This document shows positions 26,377 through 34,864 of a DNA stretch of 40,212 nucleotides, piece after piece; position 1 is the first letter of the stretch, and each line of letters starts with the position of its first letter. The DNA lies in the NCBI GenBank assembly GCA_046085905.1, contig JBJSWO010000201.1, forward strand, positions 1 to 40,212, written 5' to 3'. This stretch comes from Actinomycetes bacterium (lineage in GTDB: Bacteria > Actinomycetota > Actinomycetes > S36-B12). The notes beneath the pieces are model-generated. The model saw only the letters and a program-made list of their open reading frames with translations, made no database searches and was not told the DNA's origin. The position numbers were made by a program, and so were the translations under genes.

Positions 26377-26405
26377 AATGTACGTGAACTCGCCCGTGGC
26401 GCCAA
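26377..26405 (-). promoter_or_regulatory. Housekeeping-sigma promoter for the ncRNA
   Basis: TTGGCG (26400-26405), 17-nt spacer, TACATT (26377-26382) on the minus strand, pointing into the structured element. Confidence 0.7.
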
Positions 26406-26474
26406 GTCCGAATCTCATCCACAGAGCGGTGAATGGGTATTGCGCAGTGCCGTAGGGCTTCCAAGGATGACTCG

Positions 26475-27005
26475 ATGCGCACAGTCTTTGGCGACGAGTC
26501 GTATGCAACCCATGGCGGCGTCGGGTTCTACGCGGTCGGACTCTTGTCCATTGTGAACTCTGACATCGAATCCGCCCGAGCCGTTGCGTGCGCGATGAGA
26601 CCTTCTGGCAAGGCTCGGATTCATTTCCATGACGTTCGAGCTGACCAGAGGGTGGCACTTGCCCTAGAAGTTGCACGAGGACCCTGGAAAGCAACTGCTT
26701 GGGTGGCCAGGGCAAATCCGCGACAACAGGAGCGTGCGCGACGTGTCCTCCTCAAACACGCCTCATTTGGCAAGCAATCAGAAACCTGGATTCTCGAGAG
26801 CCGAAGCAAGTCTCAAGACCGAAATGACGTTCGACTCTTCGCCTCGGTGTTTGTCGACGGCAGGAGAAATCCGGTGCAGGTGGTGCACTCCCTATCCAGT
26901 GCGGAGCCGCTCCTGTGGATGGCGGATGTCGTGGCCAGCGCTACTGCGACTGGAATGGCCCGAGGTCTGGAAACGCCTTTCGCGATGGAATTACTCCACT
27001 TGTGA
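26475..27005 (+). CDS. DUF3800-like protein (predicted RNase H-like fold)
   Basis: N-terminal FGDES...YAVG, RIHFHD, WILESR and C-terminal EPLLWMADVVA; AAGGA RBS before ATG 26475; visibly more A/T at third codon positions than neighbouring genes. Confidence 0.72.
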   Translation: MRTVFGDESYATHGGVGFYAVGLLSIVNSDIESARAVACAMRPSGKARIHFHDVRADQRVALALEVARGPWKATAWVARANPRQQERARRVLLKHASFGKQSETWILESRSKSQDRNDVRLFASVFVDGRRNPVQVVHSLSSAEPLLWMADVVASATATGMARGLETPFAMELLHL

Positions 27006-27058
27006 ATTCATGGTCGGAGCCCGGAGTGCGCCTGTGATTCAATCGTGACCACAGGCCT

Positions 27059-27085
27059 GGAACCGCGGCCGGCGGCATGCCGTCA
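27059..27085 (+). promoter_or_regulatory. ECF-sigma-type promoter GGAACC-N16-CGTCA
   Basis: GGAACC at 27059-27064 and CGTCA at 27081-27085, followed by an AAGGAG RBS and GTG 27110. Confidence 0.6.
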
Positions 27086-27109
27086 CATCGTCAGGCTGAA
27101 GGAGTCAAG

Positions 27110-28348
27110 GTGAGCGACATCAATGAAGTGCAGGAACCGCGCAAGCGAGGCGGGCGCCGTGCGCTGATCGCAGGCGGATGCGTGGTCGCACTCGGTGCTG
27201 TTGCCGTAGGCGGTGCCATTGTCGGCCGAGCTACCACTCCGCAGGCGCAGTCAGTTCCGTCAGTATCCGAACCGGCCAATGAGCCGGGCAGTATCCCGAT
27301 GGGCATGTCGAATGGTTCAGGGATGCAGGCCGAGGACACCAAGGTTGCCGCCTCCTCGATGATCTGGCCCGGTTTCAACACCGTCTTCACTCCGGGCAAG
27401 GGCCTGCCGAATAAGTCGGGCACTGCATCGGGCTACACCGTCGATGCGACAGGCATCGATCGCGCGGCTCTCGCGGCCCAGATTGCCATGGCATTCGGGG
27501 TCGCGGGTGAGCCGGTGAAGAACGAGTACGGATGGACTGTCGGCCCGACCGACGGCTCCGGCCCTGTCGTATACGTCAACGAGGACTCATCCGCGTCGTG
27601 GTCGTACAACAATCCTGCTGCCTATGGAACTCCTACTCCTGAAACGGTTGTGAGCGATGATGCCGGCGCCGCTGCCTCCGCCGGATCCAGCGGTGCGGTC
27701 GAGGGCTCCGTGGGGTCGGCGCCGACCGTGAGCCCCGCACCGTCCAAGAAGGATGCCCAGGCCTGGGCGACCGACATCTTCACGAGACTCGGCGTGCCCC
27801 TTGATCAGGTCGACTGGCAGCTCGACAGTTACGACCCGTTCACCACGGCCACGGCCTGGCTGACCATCGACGGCGAGCGCACTCAACTGCAGTGGTCGAT
27901 CAGCTTCTTCGGCGATGGCGAGATTTCCAATGCTTATGGCTTCGCCGCGGGGCTGGTCGAGATTCCTGGGTACGCGATCATCGGTGTCAAGGACGCGATC
28001 GATCGACTGGGCCAGCCGGGCTGGAGCGCGCTGCAGCCGGCAATGATCTCGAACGGAGACGTCACGATCGCGGTCGATGACCAGCCGGCAGCCCAGCCGA
28101 GCATGCCGCCGAACCCGACCTATCAAGGTCGCCCGGCACTCGCAGTGACCATCACGGCGGCCACGATCACGAAGTCTGAGCTCGGGCTGGCCCAGTACTG
28201 GCAGCCCGACGGCACGATCCTGTTGCTGCCGGCCTACCTGATCTCCGACAAGGACGGCCACCAGTGGTCAATACTCGCCGTCGATGATGCCTACGTGACC
28301 TTCACCCAGGTAGCGCCCAATGCCGGCCCGATGCCGATGGCTCGGTAG
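27110..28348 (+). CDS. Membrane-anchored extracytoplasmic hypothetical protein (actinobacterial family)
   Basis: Basic N-terminus plus one TM helix; Ser/Pro/Ala linkers; C-terminal LLPAYLI...WSILAVDDAY. Confidence 0.7.
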   Translation: MSDINEVQEPRKRGGRRALIAGGCVVALGAVAVGGAIVGRATTPQAQSVPSVSEPANEPGSIPMGMSNGSGMQAEDTKVAASSMIWPGFNTVFTPGKGLPNKSGTASGYTVDATGIDRAALAAQIAMAFGVAGEPVKNEYGWTVGPTDGSGPVVYVNEDSSASWSYNNPAAYGTPTPETVVSDDAGAAASAGSSGAVEGSVGSAPTVSPAPSKKDAQAWATDIFTRLGVPLDQVDWQLDSYDPFTTATAWLTIDGERTQLQWSISFFGDGEISNAYGFAAGLVEIPGYAIIGVKDAIDRLGQPGWSALQPAMISNGDVTIAVDDQPAAQPSMPPNPTYQGRPALAVTITAATITKSELGLAQYWQPDGTILLLPAYLISDKDGHQWSILAVDDAYVTFTQVAPNAGPMPMAR

Positions 28349-28384
28349 GGCACGATCTGCCGATCGGTAAGGTTGCTGCCGTTA

Positions 28385-28469
28385 GGCGAGGTGGCAGAGC
28401 GGCCGATTGCAGGCGCCTTGAAAGCGCCCGTGGGGAAACTCACCGGGGGTTCAAATCCCTCCCTCGCCG
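28385..28469 (+). tRNA. tRNA-Ser (anticodon TGA); CCA not encoded
   Basis: Acceptor stem GGCGAGG/CCTCGCC with discriminator G; anticodon arm GGCGC-CTTGAAA-GCGCC; long variable arm; GGTTCAAATCC T-loop; TAAGGT -10 upstream. Confidence 0.96.
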
Positions 28470-28481
28470 CGTGGAGTGTCG

Positions 28482-28952
28482 ATGACGATGAGTGAGCTGG
28501 TGCTGCGCATCGTCATCGACATTTTCATTGTCGTGACGCTGTCAGTGATCATCGGAGCCACGGCTCCGCGCTGGCCAGCCAACTGGCTGAGTCGGGATCG
28601 CGGGCTGCTGAGGCTCACGACGCTCGATACCCCGCGCGGATACCGCCGCATCGGTATTCATCGGTTCAAGGACAAGCTGCCTGAGCTGGGCGCGATCTTC
28701 GGTGGGCAGAGCAAGGGCCAGTTGCCCGGCTCGGAATTGGAGCAACTGGCCCTCTATGCACGTGAACTGCGTCGCGCCGAGTGGGTGCACTGGCTATCGA
28801 TGCTCACGTGGATCCCGCTGGCCTTCTTCAACCCGTGGTGGGTGACCCTGGCCTTCGCGATCGCAGTGATCGTCGGCAATGCGCCCTTCGTGCTGATCGT
28901 GCGCTACAACCGGATGCGCGTGCTGCGCATCGTCGGTCGCACGGACTCCTAG
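28482..28952 (+). CDS. crtO: Glycosyl-4,4'-diaponeurosporenoate acyltransferase (CrtO) family protein
   Basis: YRRIGIHRFKDKLP, RRAEWVHW and NAPFVLIVRYNRMR motifs. Confidence 0.78.
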   Translation: MTMSELVLRIVIDIFIVVTLSVIIGATAPRWPANWLSRDRGLLRLTTLDTPRGYRRIGIHRFKDKLPELGAIFGGQSKGQLPGSELEQLALYARELRRAEWVHWLSMLTWIPLAFFNPWWVTLAFAIAVIVGNAPFVLIVRYNRMRVLRIVGRTDS

Positions 28953-29998
28953 TCGTTCAAGGAATCCGTGTCGATCACGAACCGGTAGCGCACGTCAGAC
29001 GCGACGACGCGCTTCCAGGCCTCGTTGACCTGCTGCACGGCGATGGTCTCGATCTCGCTCACGATGTCGTGAGCTCCGCAGAAGTCGAGCATCTCCTGGG
29101 TCTGCGGGATGCCGCCGATCATCGAGCCGCCAATCGTGCGACGCTGATCGAAGAGCGCGAATGCCGGGATCGAGAGCGGCTTCGGCGGGGCTCCGACGAG
29201 CGCCATCACGCCGTCGAGGCCGAGAAGGTTGATGTAGGGAACGACATCGATATCGGCGGAGACTGCGTTGACGACGACGTCGAAGGAATTGCGTGCGGCC
29301 TTCATCTGGGCATCGTCGCCGGAGTAGAGGAAGTGATGCGCGCCAAGGCTCATGGCATCCTCCTCCTTCGACTTGGAGTGGCTGATCATCGTGACGTCAG
29401 CACCCATGGCGACGGCGAGCTTGACGCCCATGTGGCCGAGACCACCGAGGCCCATTACTCCCACCTTCATGCCGGGCCCGACAAGCCACTTGCGCAGCGG
29501 GTTGTAGAGAGTGATGCCGGCGCAGAGAAGTGGTGCGGCCGCGTCGAGAGGAAGGTTCTTGGGGATGTGGAGCACGTAGCGCTCCTTGCACACGATGTAG
29601 GTGGAATAGCCGCCGTACGTGGGGGTCACGCCATCGCGCTCAAGGCCGTTGTAGGTGGGGGTGTTTCCGCCGTTGAGGCAGTACTGCTCCTCTCCGATGT
29701 TGCAGTTTTCGCATGAGCCGCAGGAGTCGACGAAGCATCCGATACCGGCGTGGTCGCCGATCTTGAATTTGGTGACCTCGCTGCCGACGGCCACGATCAC
29801 TCCGGCGATCTCATGACCGGGAACCATCGGGAAGATCGCCTCGCCCCACTCCTCGAGACCCTGATGGATGTCGGAGTGGCAGATGCCGGCGAACTTGATG
29901 TCGATTGCCACGTCGAAGGGACCGAGCTCGCGGCGGGTGATGGTGTGCGGGACGAGCGGTGCGCCGGGAGTCGGTACGGCGTAGGCACGGGTTTCCAT
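28949..29998 (-). CDS. Zn-dependent NAD(P) alcohol dehydrogenase (cinnamyl alcohol dehydrogenase family)
   Basis: GICHSD, PGHE, C-x2-C-x2-C-x7-C structural Zn site, LLCAGIT, GLGGLG and YRFVID motifs. Confidence 0.95.
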   Translation of the reverse strand: METRAYAVPTPGAPLVPHTITRRELGPFDVAIDIKFAGICHSDIHQGLEEWGEAIFPMVPGHEIAGVIVAVGSEVTKFKIGDHAGIGCFVDSCGSCENCNIGEEQYCLNGGNTPTYNGLERDGVTPTYGGYSTYIVCKERYVLHIPKNLPLDAAAPLLCAGITLYNPLRKWLVGPGMKVGVMGLGGLGHMGVKLAVAMGADVTMISHSKSKEEDAMSLGAHHFLYSGDDAQMKAARNSFDVVVNAVSADIDVVPYINLLGLDGVMALVGAPPKPLSIPAFALFDQRRTIGGSMIGGIPQTQEMLDFCGAHDIVSEIETIAVQQVNEAWKRVVASDVRYRFVIDTDSLND

Positions 29999-30029
29999 GT
30001 GAGTCCTTCTTCGTGGGATGGGTGTGCGG

Positions 30030-30884
30030 TTATGCGGTGCCGAACAGGATCTCGAGCCGGTTGCGCATGACGCTGCCGTCGAGATCGATGCCTGTCCAGA
30101 GTTTCGTGGCGACGAGGGCCTGGTTCACGAGCATGCCCAGGCCGTCGAGGGTGGTGCATCCGTTCGCGGCGGCTGTGGTGAGCAGCGCAGTGCGTGGCGG
30201 ATTAGTGATGACGTCGGCGACGATCATGTGGGGCAGGAGGGTCGACGTGTCGAGATTGAGTCGTGCATTCGCATCGCCGAAGCCGATCGACGTCGCGTTG
30301 ATGACGATGTCGGTTGCGGGGGGAACAAGGAACTCGGAATCCCAGAGCACGAAATCAGTGCCGGCCGGCGTGCTCGCGGCGAGATGATCGGAGAGCTCCT
30401 GACCGCGCGAGGCGGTGGTGTTGACAACGGTGATGTGGGAAGCACCCGCGAGGGCAGTCTCGACTCCGATAGCGCGAGCAGCGCCGCCGGCTCCGAACAT
30501 CACCACGCGCTTGCCGGTGGGGTCGACGATCGGGAGGAGGGACTGCAGAAAGCCCTTGCCGTCGGTGTTCTCGCCGATCAGGCGATCCCCGTCGAGCACG
30601 ACGGTATTCACGGCGCCGATGATGGCGGCCGAGGGGGCCAGCTCATCGAGATGCTCGATCACGGTGACCTTGTGGGGCAGGGAGCAGTTGAAGCCCAGCC
30701 AGCCCATGGCCACGGCGCCGTCGATGGCTCCCTTGAGGTGCTCGGGAGCGACCTCGCAGTTGATGTACCGCACGTGGGCGCTGGCTGCCTGGTACGCAGC
30801 CTCGACGATGTCGACGGTCGGGTTCTCGGCGGCCTTCTGGGCGAAGGAGCCGGTGAGGCCGGGGAGGAAGTCAGGTGCGGGCAT
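30030..30884 (-). CDS. aroE: Shikimate/quinate 5-dehydrogenase family protein (atypical substrate-site motifs)
   Basis: GAVNT, NTDGKG, GAGGAA, NATSIG and DGLGMLVNQ motifs; N-terminal ENPT and NCSLPHK replace HSxSP and NVTxPxK. Confidence 0.85.
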   Translation of the reverse strand: MPAPDFLPGLTGSFAQKAAENPTVDIVEAAYQAASAHVRYINCEVAPEHLKGAIDGAVAMGWLGFNCSLPHKVTVIEHLDELAPSAAIIGAVNTVVLDGDRLIGENTDGKGFLQSLLPIVDPTGKRVVMFGAGGAARAIGVETALAGASHITVVNTTASRGQELSDHLAASTPAGTDFVLWDSEFLVPPATDIVINATSIGFGDANARLNLDTSTLLPHMIVADVITNPPRTALLTTAAANGCTTLDGLGMLVNQALVATKLWTGIDLDGSVMRNRLEILFGTA

Positions 30885-30954
30885 GATCCCTGAGCCTAGT
30901 TGGGGCCAGGAGCCAGGGCGAGGGCGGAAAGGGGTTCCGTCGGACACCTCGTCG

Positions 30955-30976
30955 TGCTAAATTGGAGCGCTCCAAT
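30955..30976 (+). promoter_or_regulatory. LacI-type operator ATTGGAGCGCTCCAAT overlapping an extended -10 (TGcTAAATT) for iolC
   Basis: Perfect 16-bp palindrome at 30961-30976 with central CG; same core recurs at 38181-38192. Confidence 0.8.
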
Positions 30977-30997
30977 AGATTCCGGCGGAAGGCCACC

Positions 30998-31975
30998 ATG
31001 GCAGGCGATCAGCTCCCCGAGCTCCTCACGATCGGGCGTATCGGCGTCGACATCTATGGCCAGGAGCTCGGCCAGGGGCTCGAAGACCAGCAGACCTTTG
31101 CGAAGGCTGTCGGCGGATCGGCCACGAACGTCGCGGTCGCTGCCGCCCGGCTCGGGCACCGCGCAGCCGTGCTGACCAAGGTCGGTGACGATTCCCTGGG
31201 CACCTATGCGATTCGCGACTGCGAGGCGCTGGGCGTCGACACCCGGTGGATCAGCCGCATGCCAGGCGGTCGCACGGCCGTGGTGCTGACCGGCCTCGAC
31301 AACCCGGGCGATCCCGAGCTCGTGTTCTACCGCGACGGGAACACACCTGACCTGCAGCTCACCTCGGCTGACCTCGCTGACGACGTCGCCCGCGGCGTCG
31401 ACGTGCTCTGGTACACCGGTTCTGCGCTGTCACGCGAGCCCTCGACCTCGACCGTGCTGCATGCCCTGCAGGTGCGGGAGCGGCGCGATCACGTGATCTA
31501 CGACCTCGACTACCGTCCGTCTTTCTGGAACTCTCGCGACGAGGCGACCGCGGCAATCGGTGCGGCCATCGACTACGCAACCATCACCATCGGCAATCGC
31601 GAGGAATGCTCCGTCGCTCTGGGCATGCCGATCGACTCGAAGCCCGATGATTTCGCCGTCGGCTTCCTTGACCGAGGAGTCAAGGTCGCGATCGTCAAGC
31701 AAGGTGCCGACGGAGTGCTTGTCGTCACTGCGGATGAGCGAGTGGTTGTTCCCGGGATTCCGGTCGATGTGGTCTGCGGTCTCGGTGCCGGCGATGCCTT
31801 CGGCGGATCCTTCGTGCACGGCATCCTCAGTGGCTGGTCACCCGTTGACGCCGTGACCTACGCGAATGCTGCCGGCGCCATCGTTGCCTCGCGTCTCCTC
31901 TGCAGTCACGCGATGCCCACGGATTCCGAAGTCCGAGAACTCCTTGCTGCTGCAGGGCGAAAGGTGCCCGCATGA
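30998..31975 (+). CDS. iolC: 5-dehydro-2-deoxygluconokinase (PfkB family)
   Basis: GRIGVDIY, GGSATNVAVAAARLG, DLDYRP and GLGAGDAFG motifs. Confidence 0.93.
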   Translation: MAGDQLPELLTIGRIGVDIYGQELGQGLEDQQTFAKAVGGSATNVAVAAARLGHRAAVLTKVGDDSLGTYAIRDCEALGVDTRWISRMPGGRTAVVLTGLDNPGDPELVFYRDGNTPDLQLTSADLADDVARGVDVLWYTGSALSREPSTSTVLHALQVRERRDHVIYDLDYRPSFWNSRDEATAAIGAAIDYATITIGNREECSVALGMPIDSKPDDFAVGFLDRGVKVAIVKQGADGVLVVTADERVVVPGIPVDVVCGLGAGDAFGGSFVHGILSGWSPVDAVTYANAAGAIVASRLLCSHAMPTDSEVRELLAAAGRKVPA

Positions 31976-32877
31976 GCAGTGTGATCTCCGCCGCCGACAT
32001 CGACCGCATCACCGCGCTGCGCGTCACCGACCCTGCAGCGGTTCGTGCCGCACTTCGCGATCGGGTCCGCCCGGCGGGCCTGCCCGCCGACGGCAGGATG
32101 ATGCTCATCGCTGCCGATCATCCGGCTCGTGGTGCCATCAGTGTCGGCAGTGACCCATCGGCCATGGCCGATCGCGCATCTCTGCTCAGTCGCATCGTCA
32201 CCGCATTGGCACAGCCCGGTGTCGACGGAATCCTCGGGCAGCCCGACATCCTCGAGGATCTCGCGGTGCTCGGCGCACTCGACGGAAGGCTCGTCTTCGG
32301 CACCATGAACCGCGGCGGCATCGTCGGGGCCGAATGGGAGCTCGACGACCGCATGACCGCCTACGACGCAGCGCACACTGCCTCGATGAATCTCGACGGC
32401 GCGAAGATGCTGCTGCGCATCGAGGACACAGATCCCGGTGTTGCACGCACCATCGAGGCCTGCGCCCAGGCGGTCACTGATCTCGCTGATCGCAATCTCA
32501 TCGCGATGCTCGAGCCGCTGCCCTACGAGATCACTGCCGAGGGCAAGGCGAAGCTGGTCAAGGACGATGCCAAGCTCATTCGCGCCACGGCGATCGCGGC
32601 CGGGATGGGTGCGACGAGTGCCTTCACCTGGCTCAAGCTGCCGGCCTGGAGTGATATCGCGGCAGCTGCCGCGGTCTCGACTCTCCCGGTCCTGATCCTC
32701 GGCGGTGACCCGGGTGCCAACTGGGATGCCGCCTTCGCCGACTGGGCGCGAGCCCTCGAGCAGCCCACGGTACGAGGCCTCGTCATCGGTCGTGCCTTGC
32801 TCTTCCCGCCCGATGGGGATGTCGCCTCGGCCGTGCAGCGCGCTGCAGCGCTCGTACGCCCGGGAGGCGCGTCATGA
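31972..32877 (+). CDS. Cgl0159-like class I (TIM-barrel) aldolase of actinobacterial iol clusters
   Basis: IAADHPARG, TMNRGG, GAKML, WLKLP, LGGD and GRALL motifs; located between iolC and iolB. Confidence 0.82.
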   Translation: MSSVISAADIDRITALRVTDPAAVRAALRDRVRPAGLPADGRMMLIAADHPARGAISVGSDPSAMADRASLLSRIVTALAQPGVDGILGQPDILEDLAVLGALDGRLVFGTMNRGGIVGAEWELDDRMTAYDAAHTASMNLDGAKMLLRIEDTDPGVARTIEACAQAVTDLADRNLIAMLEPLPYEITAEGKAKLVKDDAKLIRATAIAAGMGATSAFTWLKLPAWSDIAAAAAVSTLPVLILGGDPGANWDAAFADWARALEQPTVRGLVIGRALLFPPDGDVASAVQRAAALVRPGGAS

Positions 32878-33806
32878 CAATCGAGGTTCCCTGGCACCTG
32901 CCTGCCGGCTCCCTTGCCCGCGGTGGCAGCCTGATCGCGCTTACCCCCGCCGATGCCGGCTGGCGGTACTCGGGCCTGCAGGTGTTCGCGCTTGTCGCCG
33001 GCGAGACTCGCAGCATCGAGCTCGACGGCATCGAGGCCGCGGTCATCCCGCTCAGTGCCCAGGGCCTGACCGTCGACGTGGTCGTCGGCGACGCCTCAAC
33101 GATCAGTTTCTCCCTGCAGGGGCGCGCCGGCGTGTTCGCCGGCGTGACCGACTGGGTCTACGCACCGACCGGGTCAATCGTCACCATCACGGCGTCGACT
33201 GACGGCGAGGTCGCTCTCGCGACGGCCAAGGCCGAGGAAGTCTTCCCGCCGGCCTATCTCGCGGCCGACAGCTACCCCGTCACCGTGCGCGGTGCCGGTA
33301 CCTCGACTCGCCAGGTGAACCTTCAGGGCCATCCCGACACCTTCGCCGGCGCGCATCGACTGGTGTGGTGCGAGGTGCTCACGCCCGGTGGCAACTGGTC
33401 GAGCTACCCGCCGCATCGTCACGATGGCATCGGTGACTGCCCGTGGGAGAACGAGGAGATCTACTACTTCCGCATTGGCAAGGAAGATCTCGAGGGCATC
33501 GTCGGCCCGCACGGTGAGCCCGAGGGCTTCGGCATCCATCGCACCTACACCGCACCCGAGGATTCCGGTCTGCCTGTCGATGTCACTGTCGAAGTGCGCG
33601 ATGGCGACGTATTCCTGGTGCCACGCGGCTATCACGGCCCCAGCATCGCCGCCCCCGGCTACCCGATGTACTACCTGAACGTGCTCGCCGGCCCGAATGA
33701 CCGCACGCTCAATTTCTGCGATGACCCGAATCACGCCTGGATCCGCGAGTCGTGGAATGGCGTGGCCACTGATCCCCGAGTTCCCATCACCCCGGTTTCC
33801 CGCTAA
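32874..33806 (+). CDS. iolB: 5-deoxy-glucuronate isomerase
   Basis: EVLTPGGNWSSYPPHRHD, EEIYYF, VPRGYHGP and YYLNVLAGP motifs. Confidence 0.95.
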   Translation: MTIEVPWHLPAGSLARGGSLIALTPADAGWRYSGLQVFALVAGETRSIELDGIEAAVIPLSAQGLTVDVVVGDASTISFSLQGRAGVFAGVTDWVYAPTGSIVTITASTDGEVALATAKAEEVFPPAYLAADSYPVTVRGAGTSTRQVNLQGHPDTFAGAHRLVWCEVLTPGGNWSSYPPHRHDGIGDCPWENEEIYYFRIGKEDLEGIVGPHGEPEGFGIHRTYTAPEDSGLPVDVTVEVRDGDVFLVPRGYHGPSIAAPGYPMYYLNVLAGPNDRTLNFCDDPNHAWIRESWNGVATDPRVPITPVSR

Positions 33807-33825
33807 ACAATCGAAAGAGGAGCAC

Positions 33826-34857
33826 GTGAACACCACACCTGTTGCCGTCGCCATGCTTGGTGTCGGGCGCATCGGCAAGATGCACGCGACTCTCGTCGCA
33901 CGATCAGTGCCCGAGACTCGTCTCGTCGCGGTCGCTGATGCCTACGCGCCTACTGCAGCCGAGGTCGGTGCCGAGCTCGGCGTTCCGGCCCTGACGGTTG
34001 CCGAAGTGCTTGCGCTCTCCGAGGTCGAGGCCGTGGGTGTCTGCACCACGACCGCTACTCATGTCGACACCATCATCGCCGCGGCCGAGGCCGGCAAGGC
34101 GATCATGTGCGAGAAGCCGATCTCCAACGACATCGCTGATGTCGACCGTGCCCTGGCGGCAGTGAAGGCCAATGGCGTGAAGTTCATGGTCGGCTTCAAT
34201 CGCCGGTTCGACCCGTCGCATGCCGCCGTGCAGAAGGCCGTGCGCAATGGAGACATCGGTCAGGTCGAGATCGTGCGTGTCACCTCGCGCGATCCCGAGC
34301 CGCCGCCCATGTCGTATGTCGCCGGCTCGGGTGGCCTGTTCCTTGACATGATGGTGCACGACTTCGACATGGCTCCGTTCGTCGTCGGCAGCCCCGTTGT
34401 CTCGGTCTACGCCCAGGGCGCAGTGCGAGTCGATCCCGGCTTCGCCGAGCACGGCGATATCGACACCGCGATCGTGATGATGACCCACGCCGACGGCACC
34501 CTCAGCACGATCGACAACAGCCGCCGTGCGGTCTACGGCTACGACCAGCGGGTCGAGGCATTCGGCAGCCTGGGCATGGTGCAGAGCGACAACGTGCGAC
34601 TGAACACCAGCACGATCACCGGCGCGAACGGCACCGTCGCTCAGCCCCTCGAGAACTGGTTCATCGGTCGCTACCAGGAGGCCTACCGAGTCGAGTGGGC
34701 GGACTTCGCCAACTACGTGCGCGGTGATGGTCCGTCTCCGGTGCCCGGTGACGAAGCTCGCCTGCCTCTCGTGATCGCGGCAGCGGCCAAGCTGAGCATG
34801 GACGAGAACCGCCCCGTGACGATTGCCGAGATGGAGCAGCGCCTGGCGCAGGCTTGA
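33826..34857 (+). CDS. iolG: Inositol 2-dehydrogenase (Gfo/Idh/MocA family)
   Basis: GVGRIG, CEKP, GFNRRFD, SRDP, DMMVHDFD and YGYDQRVE motifs; GAGGAG RBS. Confidence 0.92.
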   Translation: MNTTPVAVAMLGVGRIGKMHATLVARSVPETRLVAVADAYAPTAAEVGAELGVPALTVAEVLALSEVEAVGVCTTTATHVDTIIAAAEAGKAIMCEKPISNDIADVDRALAAVKANGVKFMVGFNRRFDPSHAAVQKAVRNGDIGQVEIVRVTSRDPEPPPMSYVAGSGGLFLDMMVHDFDMAPFVVGSPVVSVYAQGAVRVDPGFAEHGDIDTAIVMMTHADGTLSTIDNSRRAVYGYDQRVEAFGSLGMVQSDNVRLNTSTITGANGTVAQPLENWFIGRYQEAYRVEWADFANYVRGDGPSPVPGDEARLPLVIAAAAKLSMDENRPVTIAEMEQRLAQA

Positions 34858-34864
34858 GCCGGAC

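Noticed and set aside
26475-27005. ORF as an IS transposase
   Set aside because: Too short, no HTH or zinc-finger DNA-binding region, and no terminal inverted repeats or target duplication found
28385-28480. tRNA-Ser as the attachment site of an integrated element
   Set aside because: No integrase and no duplicated tRNA 3' end seen in the window; flanking genes look native
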